This document shows, in pieces, positions 1 to 13,600 of a stretch of DNA of 64,000 nt. Below the pieces are notes generated by a model. That model saw only the letters and a list, made by a program, of their open reading frames with translations. It did no database searches and was not told where the DNA came from. Positions within the stretch are counted from its first letter, which is position 1; each line of letters begins with the position of its first letter. Both the position numbers and the translations under genes were made by a program. The DNA lies in NCBI GenBank assembly GCA_030704615.1, contig CM060733.1, forward strand, positions 31,868,001-31,932,000. The letters are read 5' to 3'. This stretch comes from Takakia lepidozioides. Lineage: Eukaryota; Plantae; Bryophyta.

Positions 1-2028
1 CTTTGCTATTTTTCCGAATTTCCAACGGCCCAATGGCATCTAAGTAAGTTTTTTTCCAGAGAGCCTACGACCATATTTGAACCGGAGACCCTTACCTTGA
101 TATCTCTCCCGTCGAGGCTCCAACCATTGTCCCATGAATGCCCACTTTGCCATTTTTGCTATTTTTTGTGAATTTCCAGCGACCCAAAGTAGTTGGAATT
201 CCATTCCCTCACCGCTTGTCCAAAAATCGTGAGATCAAGCCGGTGCACCCTTCCTCATCGAGGGTTTTCCAACGGCACCAAGCACCCGCGCTGGGGTCCA
301 GCGGGTTGGGAGATCTCAACGACGCTACAAAACAAAACAAAACAAACGTTTCGGTTCATATATTGACTAGGGTAGCCTATGCTGTTGGCCCAAGTGTCCA
401 GGGTTATGTAAGCCCAAGTGCAATCTCCTATGCATTCAAGTGGGTCTCCTATGTCTAGGCCCAAGTATGACCTCCAGGGTAGCATGTGCCGTTGCCCCAG
501 TGTCCAATGTCATCTAAGTCATCCAAGTCCAATCATTTTTTTTTCCACGGAATCTACGACCTGGTTTGAACCGGAGACCTTTTCCTTGATATCTCTCCCG
601 CCGAGGCTCCGATCATTGTGCCGGGATTAAACCCCACTTTTGTATTTTTTGCGAATTTCTAGTGACCAAAAGTACTTGAAGTTCTAAATCTCCCACATGA
701 AGGGCCAATCATTGCTCCAGGAAAGCCCACTTTGCTATTTTTCTTGAATTTCCAACGACCCAAAGCACTTGAAATTCTAGATCTCCCACACTGCTGGTCC
801 AAAAAACATGAGACCAAGCCGGTGCACCCCTCATTGTCGAGGGCTTTCCTACTTCACCAAGCACCCACGTTGGGGCCCCGCGATTTGGGAGATCTCAACG
901 ACGCTACAAAACGAAACAAACAAAACAAAACAAAACAAACGTCTCGCTTCATATATTGATTGTATACAATTCTCTTCAGTCACTTATCAAGGTGCCAAGC
1001 TACCTTTACTTAAAACTAGGGTAGCCTGTGCCGTTGGCCCATGTGTGACGTATTGAAATCTAAGCCCAAGTGCAATCTCATGTATTCAAAGTGCTTCTCC
1101 CATGTAGAGGCCCAAGTGTGACCTCCAGTGTCCATTGTCATCTAAGTCCAAGGGCAATCCCCTATGCATCCAAAGACCCTACAGTTGGGAGATCTCCACA
1201 TCATTGTTCCAACAAAGCCAACTTTGCTATTTTTTGCAATCTCCCCTGTCGAGGCTTCATATATTTTTATATCCACTTTGCTATTTTTCGCGAATTTTCA
1301 GTGACCAAAAATACTTGAAATTCCAAATCTCCCACGTGAAGGGCCAATCATTACTCCATGAAAGCCCACTGTGCTATTTTTCACGAATTTCCAACGGTCC
1401 AAAGTACTTGAAATTCGACATCTCCCACACCGCCAGTCAAAAAATCATGAGACCAAGCCGGTGCACCCCTCCTCATCGAGGCTTTCCAACGGCACCAAGC
1501 ACCGAGGCTGGGGCCGCGGTTTGGGAGATCTCAATGATGCTACAAAACAAAACAAAACAAACAAACAAACCGGCCTCCTTAATACATTGATGAGTCAGTT
1601 TACTGCATAGAAGGCATGTATCTTAGCTTGCTAATATATGTATTGTATTTTATATACATTACATATGGTCCAAAAGTAGCTTGACATGAAATATTTATAA
1701 GAATCTATCTAGGCTTAAAAGATTCCTCACTTATCAAGCCTGAGGACATGATACATGGAATCTTCACCGATATTCTTCACACATGGGCCAACGATGATAG
1801 GCTACACTAGAGGTCGCACTTGGGCCTCGACATAGGAGACGCACTCGGATACATAATGAATTGTACTTGGTCTTAGATTTCAATTCTTCACACATGGGCC
1901 AAAGGCACATGCTACCCTAGAGGTCGCATTTGGGCCTCGACATATGAGACGCATTTGGATACATATGGGATTGCACTTGGACTTAAACGACACTAGATAC
2001 TTGGGCCAACGGCACAGACTACCCTAGT
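1..2028. repeat. Complex tandem repeat (~580-640 bp period) with inverted copies of a ~110 bp subunit
   Basis: The block AAGCCGGTGCACCC...GGGAGATCTCAA...(CAAAA)n recurs at ~222-348, ~800-942 and ~1439-1572. The subunit CTAGGGTAGCC...GTTGGCCCA at 368-478 and 1016-1128 reappears reverse-complemented at ~1775-2028. Confidence 0.85.
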
Positions 2029-4089
2029 ATAACTAAAGGGATAGTGGCCAGGTTCCAGGGGCACTCCCAACCGCCCCCAAGAGGAAATTGCCCCTCAAAG
2101 AACATGAGGGGGTGGCTCCATGGAGACCTTTCCGTTCACCCCCCTTAAATCATGGCACCAATTGCCATGACATAGTAATTGAAAATTAATTTAGATTTTG
2201 GATGAAATTATCAAAATTCATTCGTTCTCTGAAAGGTACATTCCATTATTGAGCGGGTATATCAATGAGGATACGACACATGGTCTGGGACTGGTAAATA
2301 TGAAATACATTAAAAGCCTATTGGGCCGAACTTGTGAGGAATCAAAGTTTTTTGTGGTCCGGCAGACATGCAATATAATTTGTTTTTCTTTGCACGACAT
2401 GGATATAAATGGCTTGTTTTTATAGAAGTGCGCTGGTCATATAACCTATCTATGTACGACTGTCGACTCCAGCTTTTAATTAATTTGATAGCAAGAATGA
2501 GAAAAAAAAATCTTGCTTGATTTTTTTATTCAGTAACCTACTCTCAAGTACTATGAGGTCATTACTCTTCTACAACGGGGATGCCCATCTTAGGTCATAG
2601 GCTATGAGAGAATTAGGGTGTAAAGAATGTGGCTGAGTCATTGGCACGTTTTTATATTGTTGTCGGTCTTTGTACAACAAGGATGAAAATCTATTGTGAA
2701 ATGTTTAGGGAATAGATTCCATAATTGCTTTTACTGGCTATTATTTTTCATTTCATGATATATTCAAACTTGAATTTCATGCTCATAAACCAGAACTCGT
2801 CAGAGTTTGTATGGACATTCTTCCACGATTATATGTCCGGAGTGGTATTCCATGAGTATAGGTCATATTTTCTTATTGATGATGTGGCGTGAGCCTAGAA
2901 GTTTGTCACCTAGCAGGCGTGAGTCTAGGCTCACGCCATGTCATCAACGCATGAGCGTAGGCTCACAGGCTCACGACATGGACTCATGATGTAGCGTCGT
3001 TGCTTCATGCTGCAAATGCGCAAGGCGCAAGATGGATCTATATATCTTCCGAGTAGGTATTTAGATCCATGTTTCTGACATCGATCAGTTACAACAATCA
3101 TGGGTCCATTGATATGTACAACCTTATTTTAGTTAATATATATTACAAGTTCTAGATCTATTGAGGATCGTTTATCCAGATCCTGCAACGGTTTTGTGGT
3201 TATATCTTTCAACGTTGTGCGTTTTAACTCTCTTATTGATAACTGTAATTGATGTACAATATTCAAGATATAATGTGAGCTATTGGATTGATCATCCGTT
3301 CTAGACAAGAACAACGGATTGTTGAGGCTGGAATACCTTCCATCCCCTTCAATATTATATTTCAAGACGTGCGTTATTCCAGAGTGAAATTAACCGCAGA
3401 CGAGGCTGTGTGCTATTATGTGAAACAAGGTAAATTGGGAAAATTGTTATCAAATTAGATATTATGTCCGCTTCTCAGGAGGTTGCCATGTTGAAGTTGG
3501 ACAGATGCCAAATGATACTCCCGTGGCTATAATATACGATTCGCATATTTTTGTACTAGGATTTTTCACATCCAGGAGGAGGGGCTAAGTTATGAAACGT
3601 GAGTGAAAATGATTTCAGCTTTTCGTGGATGCATGTGGTATACATGTCAGATATTGGTTATTTTGTCTTATACTGCATTAAACTGCTTGTAGCGTCCTTC
3701 CAACCATCTTATTCTAAAATGCCATTTATGATGGTAGTAATTATGTAGGTATTCTCAAGGATCTTCTAAGAACTGGAATGTTGATGTGGAAAGGTGCTCA
3801 GCTAACAGTTTCCGACCTCCTGTGTTATGTCAGATCAAAGATATTATTGATAACTACTAGGCTTTGATGGCTAAATGCCATATCTGGACTGACTCAAAAC
3901 CTCACCCACATCCCTTATTTCTTACTCATCGTTGTAAGTGGAAAGAAAGACCTGTGTGGTTTGGAAAGACCCCTACTGGAAAGAAGATTTTACAAAACCA
4001 AGTGCCGCAAAAATGGGAGTAGGTTTTGAATCTCTAGAAACAAATCACAAATAAAATCGGACATGGAATTCGTGTAACAAAGAGGATGG

Positions 4090-5662
4090 TTGGATAGAAG
4101 TTCTAGTAGTGTTTTGGTTTGCAAGTTATTTGGCTATCGAGATCATAAATCCTATGCAAAGTGAATAATAGTTGCGTGCACTATCAGGCAAGGCTACAAC
4201 CCATCTTGATGAAGTGATTAGCATGGATCAAACAACAGCCTCCGGCCTTGAAATCAACTAGGGAAAAATGGTGCTTACTGGTACTCCAAGACCCTCCCTG
4301 GCCCGGCTTGGACTGGTGTTGAGTTGACGTATTCCTAGTACGGAGGAGTTAGGATGGAAGTGGGCAAGGGACAAGGAGCTCTCCAAGATGTTACGAACTC
4401 CTTTTGGGCTCAGCCTTGTGTGGGAAAGGATTATCGGCAACATTCATGCTGAATGGAAACAAATTCCGCAGGAGGGAGAACCAATTGTTGGAGAAGGCGA
4501 GTGGGTTGCGGCTATTACGGTAATGAATTAGATCAGCTCGCGCCCAAGTTCGTGTTCCAGACTAGTGCAAAAATTTTGCCGGCTTGTGGGCGGGTGCCTA
4601 GAGACATGCTAGTTTGATTGGGGTTTTCTCCGTGAGTCCTTAAACCATGATTCTTAGGAAAATCCAGGGATAAGAGATGACACACCGGCTCGAGCAAGGT
4701 GGAACGATCGAGAAGATTAGGGTGGTGTTGGCTATGAAATGATCGACAAAAGCAAAAAATCTGAGAGACCTAGTCTTGATCCTGATAGATGGCTATGGAA
4801 AAGAGAAGAAGACTTGCTGTCGTGCACTCTAAAGAAGGCCAGAGGATTAATCCCAAACATGCGCTCTCTAAGAGCATTCAACACAAGTGGAGGGATGTTG
4901 GGAAGTTGGAACATATCTCCGTCGTTGAGATAGAAGTTGGTATGGCAACGACCTCGAGCTCAAAAAGAGGCCGCGTTCATCTGGTCGCTATGGCACCGTG
5001 CGATAGTTGTTAATGAATGGAGAACAGTAGCGGACACCTCCATTAATAAAAATGTGCATAATGTGTGATTGCAATGTGCCCCAAACAATTGCACACAGAT
5101 CCTTTGAGTGCCCTCAAGCTGTTAGGGCCTGGAAATGGGGTATTACTGTCATTCACAGGTTGAGGTCAAATGCTCCTCAATTAAGGGCTTGGAAATGTCT
5201 CAACCTACGGTAGTGCCTCTTTGACAAAAAGCTACCCAAAAGCCCTCGGTTCTTTGGTCCAATCTGGTAACTAATGAGAGGCATAATCCTTTGGCTTGTG
5301 TGGATTGAGAGAAACGATCTCGTCTTCAATAGGGTCAGGTGACAACAGGAGAAGCTGCAACAGCTCGTCTGGGAAGCCCTCCTTGACTATGCCAAGATGG
5401 CATGGAAAGAGTAGCAGATGACTTTCCGATGGTTGAACAAGACATCCTCTTTCATTTTGACAAGCTTTGGGGCTACTATTTTACAGGGCTGGTAGACATG
5501 TTATGTGGTCATATCATAGACCTAGAATGAGTCAATTTGTTCATTAATCTCCACGCCCTTGCTGGGCTTGGGGTGAAGCCCCTTTATCTCTTGGCTGGGG
5601 GTCACTTTGTACGCTTCTTGTAGTGAAGTAAACTTGTCTTCTTTAAGTTAGTGCAAAAAAAA
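4090..5662 (+). mobile_element. Degenerate L1-clade LINE, 3' part of ORF2 (zf-RVT region) with short A tail
   Basis: Translates to C..NVPQTIAHRSFECPQAVRAWKW (~5065-5140) and IILWLVWIERNDLVFN (~5284-5330), typical of the L1 ORF2 C-terminus. It has many stops and an A8 run at 5655-5662. The 5' boundary is approximate. Confidence 0.75.
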
Positions 5663-6692
5663 GCAACTGTTGTAGGGGACGTTAACTGCTTTCACCACTT
5701 GGGGTTTGCTATTTGTTCTTGGCGGGACTACTGGTGAAATGATGTTTTAATGGAAAGGGGCGAGTGTCTTGCTTCACTCATTGATCCGCATAGCTACTGA
5801 GTTATCCACAATTTCCTGAGAATATTGACCACATGTACTATTGAGGGCATATCCAAATGAATTGGTAGTGGGGTCTACCCAACATAGGTGGGTTCCCAAG
5901 TGAGCACTGTTTTTCTTTCCGGCGAGAAAAATCGCTAGATTGCGACCTGGAAACTCAGTCCCAAAAAAGCACCAGGAGATAAATTACAAGAGCCTAATCT
6001 TGCTGACGTGGACCAATGAAAACATGACACCTGGAATATAGCCACTTTTCTAACTTTGTCACCTGGATATTCTCGCCACCGCCAGCGATTTTGGAAATAT
6101 GAAAAAAAAAACACTGGAAGTGCGTATATAATTGCAACTGACTCGAGTAGGAAATTAGAGTGCTTCATAATAATAGGAAAGTGAATACGGTTTGTATTGA
6201 GCTTGATTAGAGGTTCAGCCTTGTGCACAGGTTTGTTCAACATCAGACAAATGTTGAATCTGCTTCAAATAGAGAGCCCTTGACTAACTTAACCCCTTAA
6301 ATGTTCGAAATAGTTCATAATGGCGTCAATTTAAGGCAGAATTTTCAGTTCGGAGGGCATGCTGTCCATCTTGCATTGGACTTCTATTTGGTGACGCTCT
6401 CCCTCTTTTTGTTCTCGACGTCATAGCCTACTAGCATAGCGAAGGCAAGACTTCTGCTTCGTTTGAGGTTAGCGGGCCAATCCCGCCTCTCCTTCACTTT
6501 TCTCTTCGTTAACATTTTGCCGACAGAGTTCTTCTTATGCTCATCAAATTATGTTGCTCTGAAGGCTCACCGTTGTCCGACTCTGGTAGTCTCCCTCTCA
6601 GTTTGTGAGACTGTCTCTTCTCTGTCTCTTACAGTCCAATTGAGAATCTGAATCTGTTTGCCTTCTTTCACTTGAAGTTTCAATCGCTTCAG

Positions 6693-7162
6693 TGTCACCT
6701 TTATATCTCTTCTTTCTGCATGTAGCCATGTGGGCCTGGTGGATGAGGGCTGCCACTACTTTGATTCCATGAGTCAAGATCATGGCCTCGCTCCTGCATT
6801 GGAGCATTTTGGTTGCATGGTGGACCTTCTTGGCCATGCAGGGAGAGTGGATGAGGCTGAGGATTTGGTTGACCAAATGCCAATCAAACCAGAGGCTGGT
6901 GTGTGGAGGAGGGCCTTGCTTGCTGCCTGCAGAATTTATGGCTGTGTGGAAGTAGTAGTTTGTGCAGCCAAAAACGTTCTCGACAGTGATCCACAGAGCC
7001 CTTCAGCTTATGTGGTGCTATCAAACATCTATGCTGCAGCTCGCAAGTGGGATGATACAACAAAGGTGAGAAAAATGATGTAGGAAAGAGGTGTGAGAAA
7101 GGAGCCAGGGTGCAGCTCCATTGAGGTCGACAACCAGTTGCACACATTCGTTGTAGATGATC
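6693..7162 (+). pseudogene. PLS-class PPR fragment (last PPR motifs, E domain and PG box), truncated before the DYW domain
   Basis: VTFISLLSACSHVGLVDEG...EHFGCMVDLLGHAGRVDEA...AYVVLSNIYAAARKWD...MM*ERGVRKEPGCSSIEVDNQLHTFVVDD. There is an in-frame stop at 7081, and the sequence then runs directly into Copia RT. Confidence 0.9.
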
Positions 7163-10100
7163 CACGTATAAGAGCCCCTCAACCTTATTTCGTGTAATAT
7201 GTAGACCAACATACACTTCTCCTGGTCCAGTTGTGGCCTCAAAAGCCTCATTCATCTCCTGTACCATTTCGTCCATTGCTGCGACTTGTTTTCCACAAAC
7301 CAGTCCGTCATCAACAAATATTGTCACAATCAACCTTGGAGACGTGACATTGAGATATACACATGGATCAGCAAGACTCGGAACCAGCTTGTACTTGACT
7401 AGAAACTCATTGAATATCTTGTTCCACATTCTTGATGCCTGCCTTAAGCCATAAAGGCTTTTCAGTATCCTGCAGACCTTAGTTTCATTGCCCTCCTCCT
7501 CAAAGCATGGTGGCTGCATCATATAGATCTCTTCTTCTAGATCTCCATTTAGAAACGCTGTCTTTATATCAAACTGTAAAACCTCGAGATCTTCACTCGC
7601 TACTATGGCCAATACAGTCCTGATAGAATCAAACTTGACGACCGGAGAAAATGTCTCTCCAAAGTCAATGCATTTCTGCTGAGAAAATCCTTTGGCCACT
7701 AGCCTAGCCTTACACTACTCCACACTTCCATCAAGATTGACTTTCAACTTAAACACCCACTTACAATGAATAGGTTTCCTTCTTGGCGGCAAATCAACCA
7801 AATCCCATGTCCGATTCTTCATCAAAGAGTTATACTTGTCTCCCATTGCAGCTAGCCAATGGATGCTACAGTCTGACTTCAAAGCCTCATCTAGACTTTG
7901 TGGCTCATCCATCAGTTCAGTTTGTGCAGCATAAGCACTCGACTCTGAAACAACACTGCTTATCTGATAACACCAGTCTCCATACCTTTGTGGTGGCTGC
8001 ACATTTCGTCCTCTTCTTGACGTTCCACTGTGATGATTCACAAGTACATGTGGATTCTGGTGTACTGAGGCTTCTTCCTCAATAGGCAGCACCACCTGAA
8101 ACTCTTGTATCTCATGGAATTCTTCATTCATTTCTCCTACTTCTTCATTTGGTTCTGGAATAATTCATTTTATGAAAACTTTCCCTTAGTCTCTCTTGTT
8201 GCCTTCTCTCCCCCAAAACGTTCTGAGATTATGTCTTCATTGAAGACTATATCTCTACTAATGACAACCTTTCTTGACACAGGTTCCCACATTCTGTGGG
8301 CTTTGCTCTCGCTACAGTAACCAAGAAACAGACATTTCTTACTCGTAGACTCGAGTTTGTGCCTTAAGCTCTTTGGAATGAACACAAAAGCTTCGCATCC
8401 AAAACTCTTAAATGTGCCACTGATGGCTTGATTCCCTTCCACGCTTCCACTGGCGTAACACCACTTAGTGTTTGGCTTCCTGACCTATTCAACACATACA
8501 CGGCTGTATGCATGGCTTCATCCCAAAATTTCAGATCCTTTCCACTTGCATGCAACATACTCCTTGCAGACTCAACTATGGTTCTATTCTCTCTTTCTGA
8601 GAAACCATTCTGCTCCGGTGAATAGGGAACACTCATCTCATGAAATATATCTTGATCATCAAGATATTTCCTCATCTTCTCACTGACGTATTCCCCTCCT
8701 CTGTCACTCCTTAATCTCTTAACTCTCTGACCAGTCTCTCTGCTTGTCTTCTTTACCATATCTCTTACACAGTCAAAGACATCTGACTTCTTGCTCACAC
8801 AATTTATGACTCTATAATTAGAGAAGTCGTCCTTAAAAAGAACAAAATATCTGGCTCCTCCCCGTGACACTACATGCATAGGACCACACACGTCTGTGTG
8901 CAACAGTTGTCCCGGGGTTGTAGCCTTCGCTCTACCCTCATTGACTGGGAAAACCTGTCTGTGATTTTTGCCATGTGCATAGCCTTCACAAAAGCTCACC
9001 TTAGTATCTCCTTCACGGATATTCAGTCCTTCTACCATGCCTATCTTAGACATCTTGATCAGCATGTTACAATTCACGTGACCAAATCTATGGTGCCAGA
9101 GTTTGAGAGTCTTTCTCGGCTGTAGTTCGCCAATATAGGCTCTGCGTTGGTTATCCTCTCTTCCACACAATTTGACTGGCTAGTTGGTGTGACCACTTCT
9201 ATCAGAAATTTAGATAACTTTCCATCTCTCTTACCAGTCATGACCACCTTGCCTGTACCGTCTTTGTCTATCAGTTGACACTCTCTCTTCCCTGAGACCG
9301 TCACTAGACCTTTGTCTGCAGCCTGACCCGTTGAGAACAAGTTTCTGCGCAATCTAGGTACATATAATACTCCCGTCAAAGTCCTTTACTCCCACTGGCC
9401 CTGTACGTAGCACTTGACATTAATGTCACCAACTCCTCTAACCCAAATTTGTCGATCATCAGCAACAGCCACAGACCATCCACCTTCTTCAACACTCTTG
9501 AGATTCTTGAACCATCTCAACTTATCTGTCATGTGCTCGGTTATCCACTGTCGGCATACCAGATATTGTCACCTTCATCATAGGCGAATGCAACAATAGA
9601 CTCTCATTTGATATTTAAACTGTCATCTCTATCATTGATGACAACAAAAGCCTTGGATACTGCTATGTAGGCTCTTCCTTCTTCTGTGCTTGCATCGGCT
9701 GAAGTTTGATTGACCTCACTACTACTTCCAGGATCGATCTCCCTCTTCTTCTTTGGACACTCCCTCTCCCAGTGGCCTTTCTCTCCACAATTATTACATC
9801 TGGTTCTCTTATTAAGCTCACTGATTCTCTTATTGCGCTGTTTTTTCTGCTCCTCAGACAGTCTCTCTTGCAGTCTACTTCCACCGGCTCGGTTATTTCC
9901 CTTTCTCGCAAAGAAAGCTCTATCTCTTTGCTCATCGACATTCCCTCGTTCTTTATTCAATGACTCTTCCTTCAGGAGCCTCGAAGTTAGATTCTCCAAT
10001 GTTCTATTATCAGGAAGTACACCATCTCACGCTGATAAAAGATGTCTGTAACTCGGCGGCAGACTACACACAATCTTTGTAATCATGGCTCTCTCTGAAG

Positions 10101-10341
10101 TGTCATCTCCTAGGTCACTCAATCTGTTTGCCATAGACTCAATGATACTAATATGAGTTGAAATATCATCGTTCTCTCTCATTCTGTACTCAAAGAACTT
10201 TTGCTGAAGGATATGGATGTTCTCACTTGCGTTCTGCTCATGTACTAACTTCAACTTGTTCCACATGAGCGCAACAGATTTACAATTGATCAACTGTTGT
10301 AAGTATTTCCTGTTTTACTGCTGAACATATGAGCATAGTAG

Positions 10342-10651
10342 TGTTGGAAGTGATTAAACATATCTAGTAGAAGACTAAGAGTCTTGAAGGCCAAAGGTTT
10401 AGAAGTCTAAGAGACTATCTTGTTTAACTCATCTTTGGAAGGTGAATGGCTAGAAGGTGGATGGTCACCATAGTGGAAGTGGAAGTGACCAAGTAGGACT
10501 TCCTAGAGACCTTTTTGTACAAGCTCGGGGGTGAAGCCACTAGTCTAAGTGTAAGAGTATGATGGTGGCTTCTATGGTTGGGAGGAGGGCTTTAGTTTTA
10601 GCTTTAGTCTAAGACTTTAGTTCTTGTTTATGTTCTTGCTCAATTCTAACA
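10342..10651 (+). repeat. 5' LTR of Copia B (310 bp)
   Basis: TGTTGGAAG...TTCTAACA, followed directly by the tRNA-iMet PBS. Confidence 0.95.
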
Positions 10652-13600
10652 TGGTATCAGAGCCATTCTTCTCTAGGTGAGAGTTGGTAGTTGAGATTGA
10701 GAGAACTTGATTATGGCTGGAGCGTCATCTTCTAGCAATCCTCTTTCTATGTCTATGACGAGTGCATTAGATGTGAGAGTGGAAGATCGATTCAATGGAG
10801 CTAACTATCAAACCTGGAAGTTTAAGATGGAGATGGTCCTTCTAGACACAGATCTATGGGGAGTGGTTGATGGATCAGTCCCAAGACCTGACACTATTGT
10901 TGGCCAAGCCATATGGGATAGGAAAGATCAGAAAGCAAGAGCTAGCATCATCACAAGCTTGAGAGATAATCAGTTGCATCTCATTATAAGTGCTAAGAAT
11001 GCTAAGGATGTTTGGGACAAGCTAGCAAGCATATATGAGACGAAGGATGTCACATCGCAAGTGTATGCGACGCAAAAGTTCTATGGTCTGAAGATGACCG
11101 AGTCAGACTCAGTTGAACAACACTTGAATTTGTTTTGTGTGTTGCGAGATCAACTAGTCTCTGTGGGAACTAATGTGACTGATGAATACGCCGCAGTGGT
11201 ATTATTGGCAACCTTACCTGAATCCTATGATGGTTTTGTGGTGTTTCTAGCAGGACAAACCAACTTAACTATTGATGTTGTCATAGGACTTCTCCTCAAG
11301 GAGGAAACAAGAAGAAAAGGTCAAGGTACGTCTACAGAGGTAGACAGAGCTTTGTTCACAGGCAAGACTGGAGTAGTCTTGAATAGAAGACTCCCTTCAC
11401 ATGTGTCTTAGAAGTCCCAGAGGTTTCAGAAACCTCAATCTAGCTCAAAGATCAAAAAGACCAAAGTAAGGTGCTTTTATTGCAAGAAACTTGGTCACAT
11501 GATCAAGGATTGTAGAAAGCGCATTGCAGATGAGCGCAGTAGAGAGAGTCAAGAGAACATAGCTACTCATCAGAGGAATGCTATTCTATTTGTTGTGTCT
11601 CTCTCAACCACTACTAGACAGAAGCATGTGTGGTATGTTGATTCTCAACATATGAGTTCAGAGAGAGAGCATTTCCTATCCTATAGATCTCTTTCACCTA
11701 CATAATATGTTCTTTTGGGAGATGATAGCAAGCATGCCATTGGTGGGGAAGGCTCAGTCTCTCTTATGCTCAATGAAGGGGAAACCATAGAGGTGGAAAA
11801 TGTCCTACATGTCCTTACTTTAACAAAGAACCTGCTGTCTGTAAGGCAAATTGTTGCAAAGGGATATAGAGTGGTATTCCAAGATGAGAGTTGTACTATC
11901 ACAGATAGCTCAGGAGCTGTGGTAGCAAGAGCTATTCTTGATAGTTGCTTGTATAGATTACAACATCATGTCTCTAGTGCTCTTACCACATTTTCACCAC
12001 AATTGGGATCTACACCTGTCATGTCAGAAACATAGTTGTGGCATAGAAGATTAGGTCATGTGAGCATTAAGAAGTTGAGACAGATGCAACTCTCAAGCCA
12101 TATTGTGGAAGGACTACCATTGAAGGAGATGAGCGATATGCGTCTATGCAAAGGTTGCTTGGAAAGGAAGCAACATCGAGGTCAATTTCCTAAGGATGGT
12201 GGACGAAAAGCCACAAGTATATTAGAGATTGTACATTATGATGTGTGCGGGCCAATGCAAACCACATCACTTGGAGGAGCAAGAATGGTGTAGCTGAGTA
12301 GCTAAATAGATCACTGCAAGAATCTGCAAGGAGTATGTTGAAAGAAATGAATATTTCAAATCGTTTTTGGGCAGAAGTTGTTGGCACTGCAACATATCTT
12401 CACAACAAAATACCTATCAAATCAGTGTTGGGAAAAACACCAGAAGAGGTATGGAGTGGTCAGAAGCCTAATGTGGCTCATTGTAGGATTTTTGGATGTC
12501 GTGCATATGTCCATATTCTTACTCAGAAGTGAAGGAAACTTGACTCCAAATCAGAAGGATGCATCTTCATTGGCTACACAGAATGTGTGAAGGGATATAA
12601 GTTGTTCAATGATACAACTAAGGTTGTCAAACACAGCAGAGACGTAGTGTTTGATGAAGCTTCATACCCTTTTGGGTAGTGGGAGAAGATAACATGGGAA
12701 TGAACTTAGAGCCATTACACCATTTCCAAGATGAGTCTTATGAGGAGCCAATACAAGAGATGGCTGAAGCAAATGATGGAGGTGTTCAACTTGATGAAGT
12801 TGATCAAGGAGTCGAAGTTGGTGAACCACTTGTTGATATGGACTCTAGAGATGAAGTTGAAGATGTGCCAATTCTAAGGAGATCTCAGCGGGAAAGAAAA
12901 GCTCCTAGTAGGCTGATTACATCTATGAGTGCTATTGAAGCTATGGAAGAAGCATCACAAGTGGTTGAACCTGCTACATATGAGGAAGCGATGCGCTCTC
13001 CAGACAAACTACAATGGAAAGAAGCAATCAACTCAGAGTTGGATTTATTGATGCAAAACAAAGCATGGACACTCACTAGGTTACCTGCAGGACGAAGAGC
13101 CATTGGTTGCAAGTGGATCTTCAAGTTGAAGTACAAAGCTGATGGATCTATTTACCGGTACAAAGCTCGTCTTGTAGCTAAAGGCTATGCACAAGTTCAA
13201 GGAATGGATTACAATGAAACCTTCTCACCAGTGGTGAAGATTTCTTCTATCAGAGTGTTGTTAGCTTTTGCAGCTCAACATGATCACGAAGTTCATCAAA
13301 TGGATGTTAAGACGACATTTCTGAATGAAGAACTACAAGAAGAGATCTACATGAGACAACCTGAAGGGTTTGTACAAGGAGGAAGTGATATTGTGTGTAA
13401 GCTGCAAAATAGTTTGTATGGACTCAAACAAAATCCTCGAGCTTGGTATACCAGGATCGATGCTTACCTCTTAAAGGATTTGAGCGAAGCATTGCTGACA
13501 CAAACATCTATGTGAAAAAGATGGGAGAGCAATTTGTGGTCATAGCTCTATATGTGGATGACACAATTATTGTCACCAACGATCATCAAAGGTTGTTGCC

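Noticed and set aside
138-1610. Short ORFs with mutual similarity
   Set aside because: They are translations of the tandem repeat, with no conserved frame or domain.
2150-2170. Hairpin TCATGGCA-CCAAT-TGCCATGA as a Helitron 3' end
   Set aside because: It is not followed by a CTRR terminus at the expected distance, and there is no other support.
2198-3900. Degenerate ORF1 of the adjacent LINE
   Set aside because: No zinc knuckle, endonuclease or RT motif was recognisable, so it is left unassigned.
6289-6300. TTAACCCCTTAA as a second piggyBac end
   Set aside because: No matching opposite TIR was found.
6884-7699. 271-aa ORF as a real gene
   Set aside because: It is a chimera of truncated Copia RT running into antisense PPR sequence.
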